Part shown: positions 12,401 through 14,543 of the stretch, one piece after another
Position numbering within the stretch: the stretch's first letter is position 1
Layout of the letters: each line of letters starts with the position of its first letter
Assembly (NCBI GenBank): GCA_003559395.1
Contig: PWLL01000014.1
Location: 1 to 14,543, forward strand
DNA length: 14,543 bases
Direction: 5' to 3'
DNA from: Candidatus Iainarchaeum sp.
GTDB taxonomy: Archaea > Iainarchaeota > Iainarchaeia > Iainarchaeales > CSSED10-239
The notes under the pieces: model-generated
Database searches by the model: none
Seen by the model: only the letters and a program-made list of their open reading frames with translations
What the model was told of the DNA's origin: nothing
Position numbers and translations under genes: made by a program

Positions 12401-14542
12401 CTATGAAATATAGTTTGCAATATCTGAATCTGATTTAAAGGAATCATAATAATTTATTTGTTCTTTTGAAACAGTTGGTTTTAATTTTTTAAGAACATTT
12501 AAGATATGATCTTGAGAAACTTTTGTTTCTTTATAGTTGTTTTCTTTTATAGCTAACAAAGTTGCTTCCTTTATTAAAAGATTAAGATCAGCTCCAGAAA
12601 ACCCTTCAGTTTTATCTAAAATTTCTTCTAAATCTATTTTCTTACAAGGAGTTTTTTTAAGAAATAAAGAAAGTATTTGTTTTCTTTCTTCTCTTTTAGG
12701 AATATTAAACTCAATAATCTTATCTATTCTTCCACTTCTCATAAACGACTTGTCTATTAGTTCTGGTCTATTTGTTGCTGCAACAAAAATAATATCTTTA
12801 ATAGAAACATTATCAAGCTCTGTTAACAACTGATCTAAAACCTTGGGCTGATTTTCAGAACCTTGTTTTTCAAGAGCAAGAGAATCAATTTCATCAAAAA
12901 ACAAAATACATGGCGAAACATCTCTTGCTTTTTTAAAAATATCTCTTATGGTTTTTTCTGATTGTCCAAGCCATTTATTTAATATCTCAGGACCCTTTAC
13001 AGAAATAAAATTAATTCCAAAAGACTTTGCACAAGCTTTTACAAACATTGTTTTTCCTGTACCTGGCGGGCCATACAACAACAAGTTTTTAGGAACTTTT
13101 AGGTTCATTTTAGATACAACTTCTTTTTTATTTAAAGACAATTTTACAATATCTTCAATAATTTCTTTTTGAGAAGATAAAGCACCAACCTCTGACAAAT
13201 CAATTTGTGGAACTTCAACAAAAACTTCTCTTAAAGCAGATGGTTGTACAACCTTTATCGCGTGATTAAAATCTTTGTTACTAAGTTTTAGATTTTCGAT
13301 TATTTTAGGTGTTTGTTTTTCTGGATCGCTCATTGTTGAAATTGCTTGAGTTATACAATAGATTCCAGCTTCTTTAACCAAAGCAGCAAGATCAGCACCT
13401 ATATACCCGTGTGTTTTTTGTGCAATTGTTTTTAAGGAAATATCTTTTGATAAAGGAACGTTTCTAGTATGTATCTTTAAGATATCAAGTCTTCCATTTT
13501 CATCAGGCACACCAATTTCTGCTTCTCTATCAAATCTTCCTGGTCTTCTTAAGGCCACATCAATATCCTGCGCTCTGTTGGTTGCACCTATAACAACAAC
13601 GTCACCTCTTTCACTCATTCCGTCCATAGACGCCAACAATTGAGCAACAACTCTTTTTTCTACTTCACTAACCATCCCTTCTCTTTTAGAAGCAATAGCA
13701 TCAATCTCATCTATAAAAATAATTGTTGGAGAAGATCTTTGTGCATCTTCAAATATTTTACGTATTTTTTCTTCTGCTTCACCTACAAACTTGGCCATTA
13801 TCTGTGGGCCATCAATAGAGATAAACTTTGCATTAAGTTCAGTTGATATGGCTCTAGCCAACAAAGTTTTGCCAGTTCCTGGTGGGCCATACAATAACAC
13901 GCCTTTAGGGGGTGTAATATTTAACTTTTTAAAAAAATCTGGATATTTGATAGGCAATTCGACCATTTCCCTTATAGATTCTATTTCTTTCTTAAGTCCT
14001 CCAACATCTTCATAACCAATAATTTGTTTAGTTTGTATTTTTTGTTTTGGTTTTGTGTGTATGGTTAAGTTAGTGGCCTCTGACAAAACAACTGGTCCTT
14101 TTGGAGTTGTATTTGTTATAACAAACAAATAGCCAGTACCAAAAAGATTAATCATAACATTATCACCAGAAACAAAAGATCTTCCTAAAAAATTCTTCTT
14201 AACAACCAAGTCATAGTTATCATACATAAACTTAACTTCCTTTACAGGAGACAAAGTTATTTGTGTTGCGTTTGGTGGATCAATTTTTTGAATTTCAACA
14301 AAATCACCTATAGATACTCCTGAGTTTTGTCTTATATATTGATCCATTCTTATAATATTTTCTTGTGAAGATGTATTTTCTGGCCATACTTGTGCAGTTG
14401 TTGTTTTTTTACCATCTATCTCAATAATATCTCCAGAAACAATGTTTAGTTTTTGTTTTACAGAGATGTTTAAGGTAACTATATTTTTTCCAACATACTC
14501 TTCTTGAGCTTCCATTACTTTAAGTTTTATTGTGTTTTTCAT
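12401..14542 (-). CDS. cdc48: Cdc48/VCP-type AAA+ ATPase (N domain plus D1 and D2)
   Basis: The N-terminal double-psi-barrel-like segment is LKVMEAQEEYVGKNIVTL......GD.IEIDGKKTT.AQVW. D1 has GPPGTGKT and IIFIDEIDA. D2 has GPPGTGKT and ILFFDEIDS, with the second region of homology in both. The ATG at 14540-14542 fits the usual archaeal Cdc48 N-terminus, but the window ends 1 nt later, so an upstream extension cannot be excluded. Confidence 0.93.
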   Translation of the reverse strand: MKNTIKLKVMEAQEEYVGKNIVTLNISVKQKLNIVSGDIIEIDGKKTTTAQVWPENTSSQENIIRMDQYIRQNSGVSIGDFVEIQKIDPPNATQITLSPVKEVKFMYDNYDLVVKKNFLGRSFVSGDNVMINLFGTGYLFVITNTTPKGPVVLSEATNLTIHTKPKQKIQTKQIIGYEDVGGLKKEIESIREMVELPIKYPDFFKKLNITPPKGVLLYGPPGTGKTLLARAISTELNAKFISIDGPQIMAKFVGEAEEKIRKIFEDAQRSSPTIIFIDEIDAIASKREGMVSEVEKRVVAQLLASMDGMSERGDVVVIGATNRAQDIDVALRRPGRFDREAEIGVPDENGRLDILKIHTRNVPLSKDISLKTIAQKTHGYIGADLAALVKEAGIYCITQAISTMSDPEKQTPKIIENLKLSNKDFNHAIKVVQPSALREVFVEVPQIDLSEVGALSSQKEIIEDIVKLSLNKKEVVSKMNLKVPKNLLLYGPPGTGKTMFVKACAKSFGINFISVKGPEILNKWLGQSEKTIRDIFKKARDVSPCILFFDEIDSLALEKQGSENQPKVLDQLLTELDNVSIKDIIFVAATNRPELIDKSFMRSGRIDKIIEFNIPKREERKQILSLFLKKTPCKKIDLEEILDKTEGFSGADLNLLIKEATLLAIKENNYKETKVSQDHILNVLKKLKPTVSKEQINYYDSFKSDSDIANYIS

Positions 14543-14543
14543 A

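Noticed and set aside
12537-14015. Four plus-strand ORFs (12537-12833, 12948-13172, 13640-13846, 13791-14015), two of them with a repeated PVPGGPYNN motif
   Set aside because: All are antisense to cdc48. The repeated PVPGGPYNN is just the reverse-complement reading of the two GPPGTGKT Walker A segments, not an independent conserved protein.
12401-14542. Cdc48 considered as the pilus assembly ATPase
   Set aside because: It has the tandem classical AAA D1/D2 architecture with a Cdc48 N domain. Pilus and archaellum ATPases belong to the single-domain FlaI/PilB/VirB11 secretion-ATPase family. I also checked its C-terminus (...ANYIS) for a proteasome-docking HbYX motif. The Tyr is at -3 rather than -2, so I did not call one.
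1-14543. Whole-window scan for mobile elements, prophage, defence islands, rRNA or tRNA genes
   Set aside because: I recognised no transposase, integrase, terminal inverted repeats, cas genes, restriction or toxin-like genes, or structured RNA genes. Essentially all the sequence is accounted for by the listed CDSs and short spacers.

Overview
Very AT-rich, tightly packed archaeal window (short or overlapping intergenic gaps, standard genetic code, several TTG/GTG starts). Archaeal hallmark genes are PCNA, Orc1/Cdc6, diphthine synthase, tRNA-splicing endonuclease, a DRG-type GTPase, an Mtq2/HemK-type methyltransferase and Cdc48/VCP. Together with the composition, they suggest a small-genome, DPANN-like archaeon; this is inference, since no rRNA is present to confirm it. 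A dispersed type IV pilus-like surface system is interleaved with these housekeeping genes. It has four parts: (i) three tandem pilin paralogs with archaeal class III signal peptides (VSP[LV]IATILL) and four conserved cysteines; (ii) a platform protein split into two single-domain FlaJ/TadB/TadC-like genes; (iii) a 385-aa protein joining the same pilin N-terminus to a C-terminal LamG/concanavalin-A-like lectin domain; (iv) a translationally coupled cassette of four small orphan proteins, each starting with a different, K-G-hydrophobic prepilin-like N-terminus. No assembly ATPase and no prepilin peptidase lie in the window. I found no rRNA, tRNA, CRISPR array, transposase or integrase. The pilin-LamG fusion and the four-gene pseudopilin-like cassette are the candidates most worth follow-up.
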